Source: Treponemataceae bacterium (GTDB lineage: Bacteria; Spirochaetota; Spirochaetia; Treponematales; Rectinemataceae). Taken from it: a stretch of 64,000 nt of DNA. Numbering within the stretch: the first letter of the stretch is position 1; each line of letters opens with the position of its first letter. Shown here piece after piece: positions 10,356-19,650 of the stretch. The position numbers and the translations under genes were made by a program. The stretch covers positions 1,696,001 to 1,760,000 of the forward strand of contig CAXXVZ010000003.1 of assembly GCA_963678065.2 (NCBI GenBank), in the 5' to 3' direction. The notes under the pieces are model-generated. The model worked only from the letters and a program-made list of their open reading frames with translations. It did no database searches and was not told where the DNA came from.

Positions 10356-11263
10356 AAAATCGCCTCCCCATCCAGGAAAAGTCGCGCGGCGCCAAGACAG
10401 GGCGCCTCGTCGATACAAAGAGCGGTCATCACCGCACAGACCGTCCCGAGGCTGTCCAGACGCTTCTGGGCGGGGATAGCCAGGAGCGGGCCCGATTTGG
10501 CGATCTGCCCTCCCAGGATCAAGCAATCGAATCCACGTTCATGTATAACCGGCGCAATGATATCCGCCAAGGTCGTCCCGGCCTCCGCGAAGACCTGTGC
10601 GCAGAGCGTATCCCCGTCCCTCGCCGCCTGGGCGATCTCCTTCACGCTTGGATCGCCAAGGCCGCCAGAGCGCTTGTAAGAGCGCATGATACCGCGCTTG
10701 GAGACGAAATCCTCGACGATTCCGTCGCGGCAGGGAGTCCGGAAAATACTGATGCCGGGCCCTCCCTGTGGATTGCGCAGAAGCCTTCCCTCCGACATGG
10801 CGGCGAAGCCGAGACCGGTACCGATGATGGCGGCGCAGGGATTGCGATAGCGGCTCCAGGCCCCCGAGGCGAGTTCGCCGAGAAGGAAGGCGAAGGCGTC
10901 ATGGATAAAGCGGATGGGCAGCTTTCCTGTCGCCTTTTCGATGAAGGGGCGGATGCCTATCCCTTTGATCGCGGCGTATTTGTGGTTCATCAGGCTCCGG
11001 CCATTCTCGTAGTCGAAGGGACCGGGCGTACTCACGCCCACGCCGACGATTGCGAGGTCGCGCCGCGCCGCGCAGGCCACCCCGATGCGGGCTGCCTCTG
11101 CATAGGCCGCCTCGATCTCCGCCGCCTGGCTCCCCGACGGCATGGGAATCTCCTGAAAATCGAGAACGCCTCCGACGACGGCAGGAGTCGGGACGAGGCC
11201 CAGCTTGATCGAGGTTCCCCCGGCGTCGAGGGCCAGGATGCATTCAGGGCTCGACGCTTTCAT
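10352..11263 (-). CDS. ROK family sugar kinase
   Basis: LALDAGGTSIK, STPGPFD, HDA, IGTGLG, ILGGQIA motifs. Confidence 0.88.
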   Translation of the reverse strand: MKASSPECILALDAGGTSIKLGLVPTPAVVGGVLDFQEIPMPSGSQAAEIEAAYAEAARIGVACAARRDLAIVGVGVSTPGPFDYENGRSLMNHKYAAIKGIGIRPFIEKATGKLPIRFIHDAFAFLLGELASGAWSRYRNPCAAIIGTGLGFAAMSEGRLLRNPQGGPGISIFRTPCRDGIVEDFVSKRGIMRSYKRSGGLGDPSVKEIAQAARDGDTLCAQVFAEAGTTLADIIAPVIHERGFDCLILGGQIAKSGPLLAIPAQKRLDSLGTVCAVMTALCIDEAPCLGAARLFLDGEAIL

Positions 11264-13097
11264 ATCCGTCTTTGAGCATGGTCTTGTGGACGACGACCAC
11301 ACCCTCACCCAGATTCAGAAGCTCGTACTTCCCGAAGGAGGCGGGCACGACAACCATGTCCATGTAGTGTTGCACGAAGTACCTCTGCGGATCCCCGAGG
11401 GAGCGGATCATTACCTTCTCCCCCTCCACGAGGACGAGAACGTGGAAGCGGTCCGAAGTTTCGTCGGTCATCCTGCGCGCGAAACGGAGGTTGCGCAGCG
11501 AGAAATAGAGAAGCTCGTGCTCTCCCACGACAAGCTCCTCGCCCGTCTCGTCCCTCCGGACGAGACGCGGTTCCTGTATGAGGTTCTTCCGGACCCAGTC
11601 GGCCTTGCGCTCCCTCTGCAGGACCGCGTCGCCGTGGGCTGTGTGGATAGGCCTGAGCCGTCCATCCAGATCCTTGCGGAGATAGTCGTACATCTTGTAG
11701 GTGTAGGAACCGATCGTGAGGCTGCCGATCTCCAGGATCACCTGATTGCGCCCCGAGGCGTGTATAGTGCCCGCTGGAATGAGGAACTGCATGCCGGGCT
11801 TCGAGGGTTCGGCGTAAACATACTTGTCGTGGTCGATAGCCCCGCCTGTATGCTCGGAAAGCTTGCACTGGTCGATGAACTCCTGGACGTCGCAGTTCTC
11901 CTGGAAGCCGCAGTAGGTCTTGGCGTCCTGGCCGGCCACGACGATGTAGTAGCTCTCGTCCTGCCGCCCGAGTTCGTCGTTGTGTTTTCGCACATACGCT
12001 CTGTCGGGATGGCACTGTATGGACATGTTGCCGCTCGCGTGGAAGGTGTCGTCGTAGTTGAAGCGGATGGGGAAATAGCCGCCGAATTTCCTGAGGCAGG
12101 CCTCGCCCATGAGTTCCCGGCCCATGGCCTGTACGAAGCTGTAGTAGGGCAGTTCGAGCTCGAGGCCGTCCATCTCCGCCACGATGGAGACTTCCATGGG
12201 TATGAGGTCGAAACACCATGCACAGTTCCGCATGGATTCAGGCAGCTTGCGCAGGTGCTTGAGGTAAAAGCCGCCCCACACACCCTCGATGTACACAGGC
12301 CTGCAGCGGAAAGGATATCCGGCGAGAGTGCCGCAAATCCCCAGGAAGGCGTCCAGGGGGAGCACGCGCATTTCGTCCACATCGTCCGATGCGATGTAGT
12401 AGTCGAGAAGTCGGCCGCGGATGAGTTCGCCGCGCAGTTCTGCCGCCACTTCGAAGTCCACATAGTAGGCGTGGCGGAGCGTGGCGGCGTAAGACTCCGG
12501 GTTCGTAAAGCCGAGATTGCCGGCCCGGCCGTGCTTGATGTTCAGCACAGTGCGCTTCTGGGTGATGTCGAGGTAGCAGCGAAGATCGGCGAAGGAACGC
12601 AGCCGCCCGATGAGACAGCCATTGCCGTAGACAATCAGGACAGCTTCGCCCCCCGCCTTGAAACGGGAGAGCTCTTCCGCGCATTCGCGGATACGGTCTT
12701 TGTTCATGAGGCCCTCGTAGCCGCCGCGGTAGAGGCGGCCATAAAGGAGGGGCGGATCTTCGTCGCGGTCCTCCGGGAGGTTGTGCAGGAGCTGTTCCGC
12801 CAGAAGACTTTCTTCTTTATATAGCGTCGCCGTGTCCATCATCCGGACTGCGATTCCCTGCTGCAGGAGGATTCTCGCCACCTGTCGGGCCAGTACGTCA
12901 AAAGGAGCGCTGATATACCCGTCCAGGGCGAGAACGCAGTTTCCTTTCTTCTGGACGACGGCCTGGGCAGCCCTCGCCAGACTGGCGGCGGAGGCCGAAA
13001 GGCCTTTCACGACCGCCGCCCGGAGCGGAGCGGCTACAACGATGCGGTTGATCGCGTCAGGATCATCGTAGGGGAAAGGATTATACATGAAGCTCAT
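11244..13097 (-). CDS. Class I mannose-6-phosphate isomerase-like cupin with N-terminal kinase-like domain
   Basis: GVWGG, SIQCHP, QDESYY, IPAGTIHASG, LEI in C-half; N-half VLALDGY...LIVYG...CYLD resembles a degenerate nucleoside-kinase fold. Confidence 0.75.
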   Translation of the reverse strand: MSFMYNPFPYDDPDAINRIVVAAPLRAAVVKGLSASAASLARAAQAVVQKKGNCVLALDGYISAPFDVLARQVARILLQQGIAVRMMDTATLYKEESLLAEQLLHNLPEDRDEDPPLLYGRLYRGGYEGLMNKDRIRECAEELSRFKAGGEAVLIVYGNGCLIGRLRSFADLRCYLDITQKRTVLNIKHGRAGNLGFTNPESYAATLRHAYYVDFEVAAELRGELIRGRLLDYYIASDDVDEMRVLPLDAFLGICGTLAGYPFRCRPVYIEGVWGGFYLKHLRKLPESMRNCAWCFDLIPMEVSIVAEMDGLELELPYYSFVQAMGRELMGEACLRKFGGYFPIRFNYDDTFHASGNMSIQCHPDRAYVRKHNDELGRQDESYYIVVAGQDAKTYCGFQENCDVQEFIDQCKLSEHTGGAIDHDKYVYAEPSKPGMQFLIPAGTIHASGRNQVILEIGSLTIGSYTYKMYDYLRKDLDGRLRPIHTAHGDAVLQRERKADWVRKNLIQEPRLVRRDETGEELVVGEHELLYFSLRNLRFARRMTDETSDRFHVLVLVEGEKVMIRSLGDPQRYFVQHYMDMVVVPASFGKYELLNLGEGVVVVHKTMLKDGYESVEP

Positions 13098-13153
13098 CGT
13101 GCTCTACCTCGGTTTCTCGTCGTTTGTCATCCGCAGTACCCGAACTTGCAGAC

Positions 13154-13181
13154 AGTATAGCCCATCGGAAAAAATTGTCAA
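13154..13181 (-). promoter_or_regulatory. sigma70 promoter, leftward catabolic operon
   Basis: Minus strand TTGACA-16nt-TATACT. Confidence 0.65.
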
Positions 13182-13361
13182 CCAAATATTCAGTATTTAT
13201 ATTGATAAGATGAAACATTTTTTAGAAAAAATTAAGCCAAGTATTGGAAATAATGTTGTATCTATTTATTTTACAAATAGATACACTTTACATTCAAGAA
13301 TGATCATCAAATATTTCATAGTAATATTTTCATAATTATATAACAATATTGAAATTATACG

Positions 13362-13389
13362 TTGACATATTTCTGTCTGGCGGTATAAT
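13362..13389 (+). promoter_or_regulatory. sigma70 promoter, rightward ABC operon
   Basis: TTGACA-16nt-TATAAT consensus hexamers after AT-rich region. Confidence 0.8.
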
Positions 13390-13415
13390 CGAGCTATGTC
13401 CAGAGGTACACGCAC

Positions 13416-14333
13416 ATGACGCGCCAGCTCGGTCGGGACTTGTCCAGGGACAAGCTTCTCTATCTCATGCTCATTCCCGGACTCGTCTATATTTTCATGT
13501 TTAAATACGCGCCTATGTACGGCGTCACCATCGCCTTCCGCAACTACACTATATTCAAGGGATTCTCCGACGCCCCCTTCATCGGCCTGGACAACTTCGC
13601 CAAGCTCTTCTCGCGCTCCGCCTTCACGCGAGCCCTACGAAACAACATCCTCATAAGCCTGCTGAAGCTCGTCTGCGGCTTCCCCTTCCCTATTATCCTC
13701 TCGCTCATGATCAACGAGCTTCGCGGCCGCAGGCCCAGGAAGCTCGCGCAGACCCTCGTCATTCTGCCTAACTTCGTCTCCTGGATCGTGATCAACGGCA
13801 TCTTCTTCGCCATGTTCAATACGACAGGCGGCGCCATTCCCGGAGTCCTGAGGGAGCTGGGCTACACGGGGACGATCAACAACATCATGAACCAGAAGGA
13901 ATCTTTCCTCTGGGTCATCATCGTTTCGCATGTGTGGAAGGGTGCAGGCATGGGCACGATCGTCTACCTGGCCGCCATCGTCGGGATCGACCAACAGCTC
14001 TATGAGGCAGCCGCCATAGACGGGGCGGGGCGCCTGCGCCAGATGTGGCACATAACGCTCTCGAGCCTCAGGCCGACGATCGTCATCCTCCTCATCTTCC
14101 GCGTCGGCGAGATGATGTACGCCGGATTCGACCAGATCTTCGCCATTTCCAATTACCTCGTCATTTCCTCGGCCGACATCATCGACACCTACGCATATAC
14201 GCTGGGCATGGAACAGCAGAAATTCGCCGAGGCTGCTGCTGCTGGGCTCTTCCAGTCTGTCATCGGCCTGGTCCTGGTCCTGATCACGAACACTGTCGCC
14301 AAGAAGATCGACCCCGACTCAGGGATCATGTGA
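13416..14333 (+). CDS. Carbohydrate ABC transporter permease (LplB-like)
   Basis: TM helices; EAA loop LYEAAAIDGAGR. Confidence 0.92.
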   Translation: MTRQLGRDLSRDKLLYLMLIPGLVYIFMFKYAPMYGVTIAFRNYTIFKGFSDAPFIGLDNFAKLFSRSAFTRALRNNILISLLKLVCGFPFPIILSLMINELRGRRPRKLAQTLVILPNFVSWIVINGIFFAMFNTTGGAIPGVLRELGYTGTINNIMNQKESFLWVIIVSHVWKGAGMGTIVYLAAIVGIDQQLYEAAAIDGAGRLRQMWHITLSSLRPTIVILLIFRVGEMMYAGFDQIFAISNYLVISSADIIDTYAYTLGMEQQKFAEAAAAGLFQSVIGLVLVLITNTVAKKIDPDSGIM

Positions 14334-15250
14334 TGAAGAGCCCCACGATGAAGCGAGCAAGGCCGCGCAAGGTTCGGCAGTCGCAGTCCGAAAATATCGG
14401 TCACTTTTTCATCTGCCTCTTCCTCGCCCTCTTCTGCTTCACCACGACCTATCCCTTCTGGCATGTGCTCATGTACTCCATAAGCGACTCGAACGCGGCC
14501 ATGACTGGCGGCCTCTTCTTCCTTCCGCGCAAACCGACCTTCCTCGCCTACGAGATGATCTTCAAGACATCCCAAATCTTCGTGGCCTACGGGAATACGA
14601 TAATGCGCACGCTCGCAGGCACGAGCCTGAGCATCATGCTGAGCATCCTCACCGCCTTCCCCCTCTCGCGCCGCAGGCTCCGCGGCCGGGGCGGCCTCTC
14701 CATGCTTTTCTTCTTCACGATGCTTTTCACCGGTGGCATGATACCGACCTACCTCATCGTCCAGTCCTACGGCCTCATCGACACGTTCTGGGCCCTCGTC
14801 CTGCCTTCGGCCATGAGCGCCTACAACATGTTCATCCTGCGCAACTACTTCAAGTCGATCCCGGATTCCTTGGAGGAGAGCGCCCACATGGACGGCGCGA
14901 ATTCCTTCACCGTCCTGTTCAGGATTTTCGTCCCTGTCTCGAAACCGGCCATCGCCGCCGTGGCCATGTTCTACGGCGTCGCCAGCTGGAACGAGTACAT
15001 GGATGGCATCCTGTACACGAACAAGCCCCAGCTCGAGATCCTCCAGGTCTACCTGCGCAAGCTCATCGCCTCGACGGGCACACTGAACTCGCTTTCGGTC
15101 GTCGGCAACCTGAGCGCGGCGGCCTCTTTGAGCGAGGAGAGCATGAAGATGGCGACGATCGCGGTGTCGATCATCCCCATTTTTGTCGTGTACCCCTTCC
15201 TCCAGCGCTACTACACGAGGGGAATAACCCTGGGCGCAGTCAAAGAATGA
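14333..15250 (+). CDS. Carbohydrate ABC transporter permease (LplC-like)
   Basis: FTGGMIPTY, SLEESAHMDGAN, YPFLQRYY; TGATG overlap. Confidence 0.92.
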   Translation: MKSPTMKRARPRKVRQSQSENIGHFFICLFLALFCFTTTYPFWHVLMYSISDSNAAMTGGLFFLPRKPTFLAYEMIFKTSQIFVAYGNTIMRTLAGTSLSIMLSILTAFPLSRRRLRGRGGLSMLFFFTMLFTGGMIPTYLIVQSYGLIDTFWALVLPSAMSAYNMFILRNYFKSIPDSLEESAHMDGANSFTVLFRIFVPVSKPAIAAVAMFYGVASWNEYMDGILYTNKPQLEILQVYLRKLIASTGTLNSLSVVGNLSAAASLSEESMKMATIAVSIIPIFVVYPFLQRYYTRGITLGAVKE

Positions 15251-15295
15251 GAGAAAGTCAAGAATGCTGAATACATATTTCCAAGGAGGCCTTCC

Positions 15296-16783
15296 ATGAG
15301 AAAGAGAATCTTGTCCGGAATCCTGGTTTCTGTCGCCCTCTTCTGCCTTGTCGCCGGGGCCGGAGCGGCGCCTGGCCGCGTCCCCCTCACCGTGATGATG
15401 TTCGGCGACAACACGCCGACGCCCACGAACTCGGTGAAGCGTGCGCTCGAGGAAAAGCTTGGCGTCGATCTCACCTACATCTACGTGCCTGAGAAGGACT
15501 ACGCCGCCAAGCTCAACACGCTCATCGCGAGCCGAACCCTGCCCGATATCTTCTGGGTCGACGGCAACGTGATCGACGCCGTGGAGTTCCGCGACCAGGG
15601 CATGATCATGAAGATGGACAAGCTGCTCAAGAGCAACGGTCCGGACATCATGGACGAGGTCGGCTCCATCCTCAAGAACGCCCCGCTCAACAAGGGCGAC
15701 GGCATCTACGCGGTCATCCCGGCCTCGCTCGACTACACGTCGAACCTGTCGGTGCGGACGGACTGGCTCGCCAAGCTCAAGCTCAAGATGCCGACCACCC
15801 TCGACGAGCTGTACAAGGTGCTCTACGCCTTCGCCAACGGCGACCCCGACGGCAATGGCAAGAAAGACACGGTCGGCTACGTAGGTACCATGGCCAACAT
15901 GCGCACCTTCGAGCACATTTTCGGCGCCTACGGCATAGCGGTCGACAAGCCTTACCTTCTCAAGAACGGCACGGTGACGACCTACATGAAGGCGCCGCTC
16001 TATCTCGATGCCATCAAGTACTTGCGCAAGCTCTATCAGGACGGCATCCTCGATCCGGATTTCGTCACCATCCCCCTCATGAGCGCCTTCGAGAAGCTCT
16101 GGACCGGACGCACCGGCATCTTCGACTTCCAGAACGTCGGCACGACGAACAACTGGATGCCCGGCCGCTACACCGAAAAGAACCCCATCCCGACTTTCGG
16201 CTTCACGATCATCGCCGGCCCCGGTGGCAAGGGCGGAGCCATAAAGCAGTATCCGCGCTACACCTACTACAACTGCATCGCCTCCACCTGCAAGAACCCC
16301 GAGAAGGCGATGGAGTACCTCAACTATCTGTACGGCGCCGAAGGCGACGAGCTCACCTATCTCGGCATCGAAGGTCTCCACTACGAGTGGGCTGACAAGG
16401 ACAATGGCAAGTACAAGCTTCTCGGCAAGTTCACCGACCAGGCGACCTACCGCGCCGACGGCGCCTACGTCTACGCCAGGATGTTCCCCCTCCTCAACAC
16501 CGAAGTCCGCACCCTGAACAAACAGACGAGGGAAGGACAGGCCTTCGCCCGCGACAACAGCATCGAGTACCCGAAGATCATCAAGAATCTCAAGACGACG
16601 AGCGAGTACGGCCCGCAGCTGGCGAACATCACCAAGGAAGCCTTCGCCCAGCTCATCGTCAGCAAGGGCAACATCGAGACAGAATACGCCGCCTTCGTGA
16701 AGCGCTGGAACGAGGAGGGCGGACTCGAGTACGAGAAGGAAGCGACCACGGCCTGGGCAGCTCAGGTAAAGGCTTCGAAATGA
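15296..16783 (+). CDS. ABC transporter extracellular solute-binding protein (LplA-like)
   Basis: Signal peptide; LPDIF, RTDWLAKL, PTTLDEL, GDPDGNGKKDT. Confidence 0.9.
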   Translation: MRKRILSGILVSVALFCLVAGAGAAPGRVPLTVMMFGDNTPTPTNSVKRALEEKLGVDLTYIYVPEKDYAAKLNTLIASRTLPDIFWVDGNVIDAVEFRDQGMIMKMDKLLKSNGPDIMDEVGSILKNAPLNKGDGIYAVIPASLDYTSNLSVRTDWLAKLKLKMPTTLDELYKVLYAFANGDPDGNGKKDTVGYVGTMANMRTFEHIFGAYGIAVDKPYLLKNGTVTTYMKAPLYLDAIKYLRKLYQDGILDPDFVTIPLMSAFEKLWTGRTGIFDFQNVGTTNNWMPGRYTEKNPIPTFGFTIIAGPGGKGGAIKQYPRYTYYNCIASTCKNPEKAMEYLNYLYGAEGDELTYLGIEGLHYEWADKDNGKYKLLGKFTDQATYRADGAYVYARMFPLLNTEVRTLNKQTREGQAFARDNSIEYPKIIKNLKTTSEYGPQLANITKEAFAQLIVSKGNIETEYAAFVKRWNEEGGLEYEKEATTAWAAQVKASK

Positions 16784-16789
16784 TTATCC

Positions 16790-16821
16790 GTATCGGGTAA
16801 CGTACGTTATCCGGTACTTTT
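16790..16821 (+). terminator. Intrinsic terminator/stabilising hairpin after SBP gene
   Basis: GTATCGGGTAAC-GTAC-GTTATCCGGTAC 12-bp stem (two G-U) followed by T-tract. Confidence 0.65.
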
Positions 16822-16950
16822 AATTACGCCATGGAGAGGGCCTTCACGCCGACCGCAAGACCGCGGGACGGCCCTCTTCTTCTTTTCATTTCCTTGGTGT
16901 TTGATTCCATCGCTCCCCAGCGATCCCTAGCTCTGAAAAGGACCCTGACC

Positions 16951-19092
16951 ATGAAAGAACGGATCGATCTCGCGCTGCTGAAAATCATAGCCGGACGCGC
17001 CGAACCCGCCGCCCGCGGCCTGTTCATCCTGCCGGGAGAGGACGGCGCCTTCTGCCTCTCCCTGGCCAAAGCCTCAGCCGGCGTCGCCTGGGCGCCCGAA
17101 CGCTTCCTCACCGTCGACATGGACGTCGACATGGACAGGATGCCGGTCATGCACATCGATTTCGTGGAGCGGGGCAACGGCGTGGAGCGTCTCCTTTCGA
17201 TCCGCTACTTCATGATTCCTACTCGCAGGGTGAAGATGACGGTACAGCTCTCGGAGCTGGACTCCCACCGCTTTTTCCTGCCCACCTACCCAGGCACGCT
17301 CAAAGGCCACGTCGAAGGCGAGCCCACCCACATCGACAGGATCGACGAGATCCGCATCCGTCTCAGGAAAAACGACTCCTGCCGCGGCTTCCGGCTCTAC
17401 GGCCTCGAAGTCTCCGACAGCCTGCCGGATATGGCGATCTCAGGCGAGCCTCTGGTCGATGAGATGGGCCAGCGCAAAGGCTACGAATGGCCGGGAAAAA
17501 TGCGTTCAGTAGGGGAAATGGTCGCTTACCTCCACGCCGAACTGGCGCGGGCGCGGGGCGAGTCCGCGGTTGGCGCAGAGGGCGCCGAGGGCGCCAGCGC
17601 TTCAGGCAACGCTGCCGCCGGCGCCTTTGTGACCGCGGGCGGCTACCCGGCGGACTGGAGCCGCTACGGCGGCTGGAAGAAGCTGCGGTTCGACGCCACG
17701 GGCTTCTTCCGCACCCACCACGACGGCGTGCGCTGGTGGCTCGTCGACCCCGAAGGCTACGCCTTCTACTCGAACGGTGTCTGCTACGGCAGCCGCATGG
17801 GCGTCCACGGCTTCGTCGACCGCATGGAAGCGATGTTCGACTGGCTCCCCCCGAAGGAAGACCAGACCTGGAAGGACTGCTGGACGGAAGCCTCGGAAAT
17901 ACCCGAATTCGCCAAGCGCAACGGCGCCTCGAGCGGCAAGGGCCGCATGATGTTCAACTTCCCGCGCGCCAACATGATCCGCGCCTTCGGCCCCGACCGA
18001 TGGTGGGACGCCTGGGTGACGATCAACGCGGCGCGGATGCGCCGCTGGGGCATCAACACCATCGGCGTCGGCGTGAACAACTATGTCGACGAGCGCGTCA
18101 TGGACTTCCTCGCGAAGGCGAAAATCCCTTTCGTCGTCACCCTGAAGAACTTCCCGCTGACGCAACCCTGCATCTACCGGGATTTCCCCGACGTCTTCAG
18201 CCCCGAATACGCGGCGGGCGCGGAACGTTTCGCGCGCGAGCAGTTAACCCCTTTCGCCGGCAACCCCCTTATGATCGGCTACTTCATCACGAACGAGCCG
18301 GAGTGGCTCTTCCAGGAATCGGTGAACCCCGCCGAACGCGTTCTCGCGCACGACGGCAGCCTCCACAGCAAGACCGCCCTCATCGCCTTCCTGCGCGCCC
18401 GCTACCGGAACGACATTGGCGCGCTGAACAGCGCGTGGGGAATCCATCTCGGAGATTTTGCCGATCTGCGTAAACCGCTGGCCAACGCCGACCGGCTGAC
18501 CGCGAGCTCCCGCGCCGATCTCGAAGCTTTCCGCGACATCCTGATCGCGAAGTACAGCTCGGTGCCCTCGGAGGCGCTCAAAGCCGTCGACCCCGACCAC
18601 CTCAACCTGGGGATGCGCTACAACAAGCTCACGCCCAACGAATTCGCCGGAAACGCCGCCTTCGACATCTGCTCATTCAACTGCTACCACCCCGACCCCC
18701 TGCCCAAATTCGATATCGTGGCCAAGCTCGACAAGCGCCCGGGCCTCGTGGGCGAATGGCACGTGGCGGGATACGAGATGCGCAACCTCGCGGCAGGCCT
18801 CGTCTTCTCCCCGACCCAAGCCGAGCGGACGAAGGCCTGTCTCTTCTTCATGGAGCGGGCCATGGCCCACAAGGCAAGCGTCGGCGCCCATTACTTCGAG
18901 TGGAACGACCAGCCCGTGCTGGGGCGCTTCGACGGTGAGTGCATGCAGCATGGCCTCATCAGCCTCTGCAATGTCGCGTATCCCGAACTCACCTCGGCCA
19001 TGGAGCGCCTGGCGCCCTCCATGTACGACATCGTGAGCGGCGCGATTCCCCCGACCGCGGAAGAAGGCCTCACCATCGGAAACTACTCCTGA
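16951..19092 (+). CDS. GH50 (beta-agarase-like) glycoside hydrolase
   Basis: ATGFFRT..DGVRWWLVDPEG, FPDVFSP, IGYFITNEP, DPDHLNLGMR, VGEW, VGAHYFEW motifs. Confidence 0.75.
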   Translation: MKERIDLALLKIIAGRAEPAARGLFILPGEDGAFCLSLAKASAGVAWAPERFLTVDMDVDMDRMPVMHIDFVERGNGVERLLSIRYFMIPTRRVKMTVQLSELDSHRFFLPTYPGTLKGHVEGEPTHIDRIDEIRIRLRKNDSCRGFRLYGLEVSDSLPDMAISGEPLVDEMGQRKGYEWPGKMRSVGEMVAYLHAELARARGESAVGAEGAEGASASGNAAAGAFVTAGGYPADWSRYGGWKKLRFDATGFFRTHHDGVRWWLVDPEGYAFYSNGVCYGSRMGVHGFVDRMEAMFDWLPPKEDQTWKDCWTEASEIPEFAKRNGASSGKGRMMFNFPRANMIRAFGPDRWWDAWVTINAARMRRWGINTIGVGVNNYVDERVMDFLAKAKIPFVVTLKNFPLTQPCIYRDFPDVFSPEYAAGAERFAREQLTPFAGNPLMIGYFITNEPEWLFQESVNPAERVLAHDGSLHSKTALIAFLRARYRNDIGALNSAWGIHLGDFADLRKPLANADRLTASSRADLEAFRDILIAKYSSVPSEALKAVDPDHLNLGMRYNKLTPNEFAGNAAFDICSFNCYHPDPLPKFDIVAKLDKRPGLVGEWHVAGYEMRNLAAGLVFSPTQAERTKACLFFMERAMAHKASVGAHYFEWNDQPVLGRFDGECMQHGLISLCNVAYPELTSAMERLAPSMYDIVSGAIPPTAEEGLTIGNYS

Positions 19093-19162
19093 CTCGAGGC
19101 TCAAGGTATCCCCGGGGCGAAAAGGCCCGGGGCGCGAGTTCTCTCCCGCGCGGCGAAAATGT

Positions 19163-19212
19163 TTGACAGCCTCTGCGACCTGCCATGCAATATGCGTGTA
19201 CGTTACCGCAAT
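19163..19212 (+). promoter_or_regulatory. sigma70 promoter plus candidate LacI-type operator
   Basis: TTGACA-17-TGCAAT then ATGCGTGTACGTTACCGCAAT. Confidence 0.7.
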
Positions 19213-19243
19213 TATATCTTCCCATCCACGATGGAGCGTGCCT

Positions 19244-19603
19244 ATGACACTGCGCGAAATAGCCGAAGCGGCCCATGTCTCCATTGGTACAGTGGACAGG
19301 GTCCTGCATAATCGGGGGAGAGTGTCCCCGGAAGTCGGCATTGATATATCGCACAACGTTACAAAAAGCGTGTTCGATTTTTCAACCCAAGGAAGGCGTT
19401 ACGACGTCGTAGTCACCGTATGCTCAAAGGAAGCGGCCGAACGTTGCCCGATATTTCTAGGTTCACACAGGAAACTGCATTGGCCCTTTCCAGATCCTTC
19501 CACGCTTGCGGGAAGCGAGTCGGAAAAAATAGAAGGAACGCGCCGCATACGCGACATGATCGAAGACGCCGTAAAAGACTTCGCCAAAGCCACCGGGGCA
19601 TAG
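19244..19603 (+). pseudogene. In-frame chimera: LacI HTH N-terminus fused to C-terminal half of ArsC/LMW-PTP arsenate reductase
   Basis: MTLREIAEAAHVSIGTVDRVLHNRGRVSPE then VGIDISH..VVTVC..AAERCPIF..LHWPFPDPS; ArsC CxxNxxRS P-loop absent. Confidence 0.8.
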
Positions 19604-19650
19604 GACTTTGCCTCATATCGCAGCGACACCGATGAGCGACAAAACATGTA

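Noticed and set aside
16798..16809. Palindrome TAACGTACGTTA as a fourth LacI operator
   Set aside because: Explained as the top of a terminator hairpin after the SBP gene; lacks GCGTG/CGCA flanks and an adjacent promoter
17555..17640. Ala/Gly-rich insert in GH50-like gene (also DADADA in copy 1, S/G insert in AraA)
   Set aside because: Short in-frame low-complexity loops with no intein or repeat-element features
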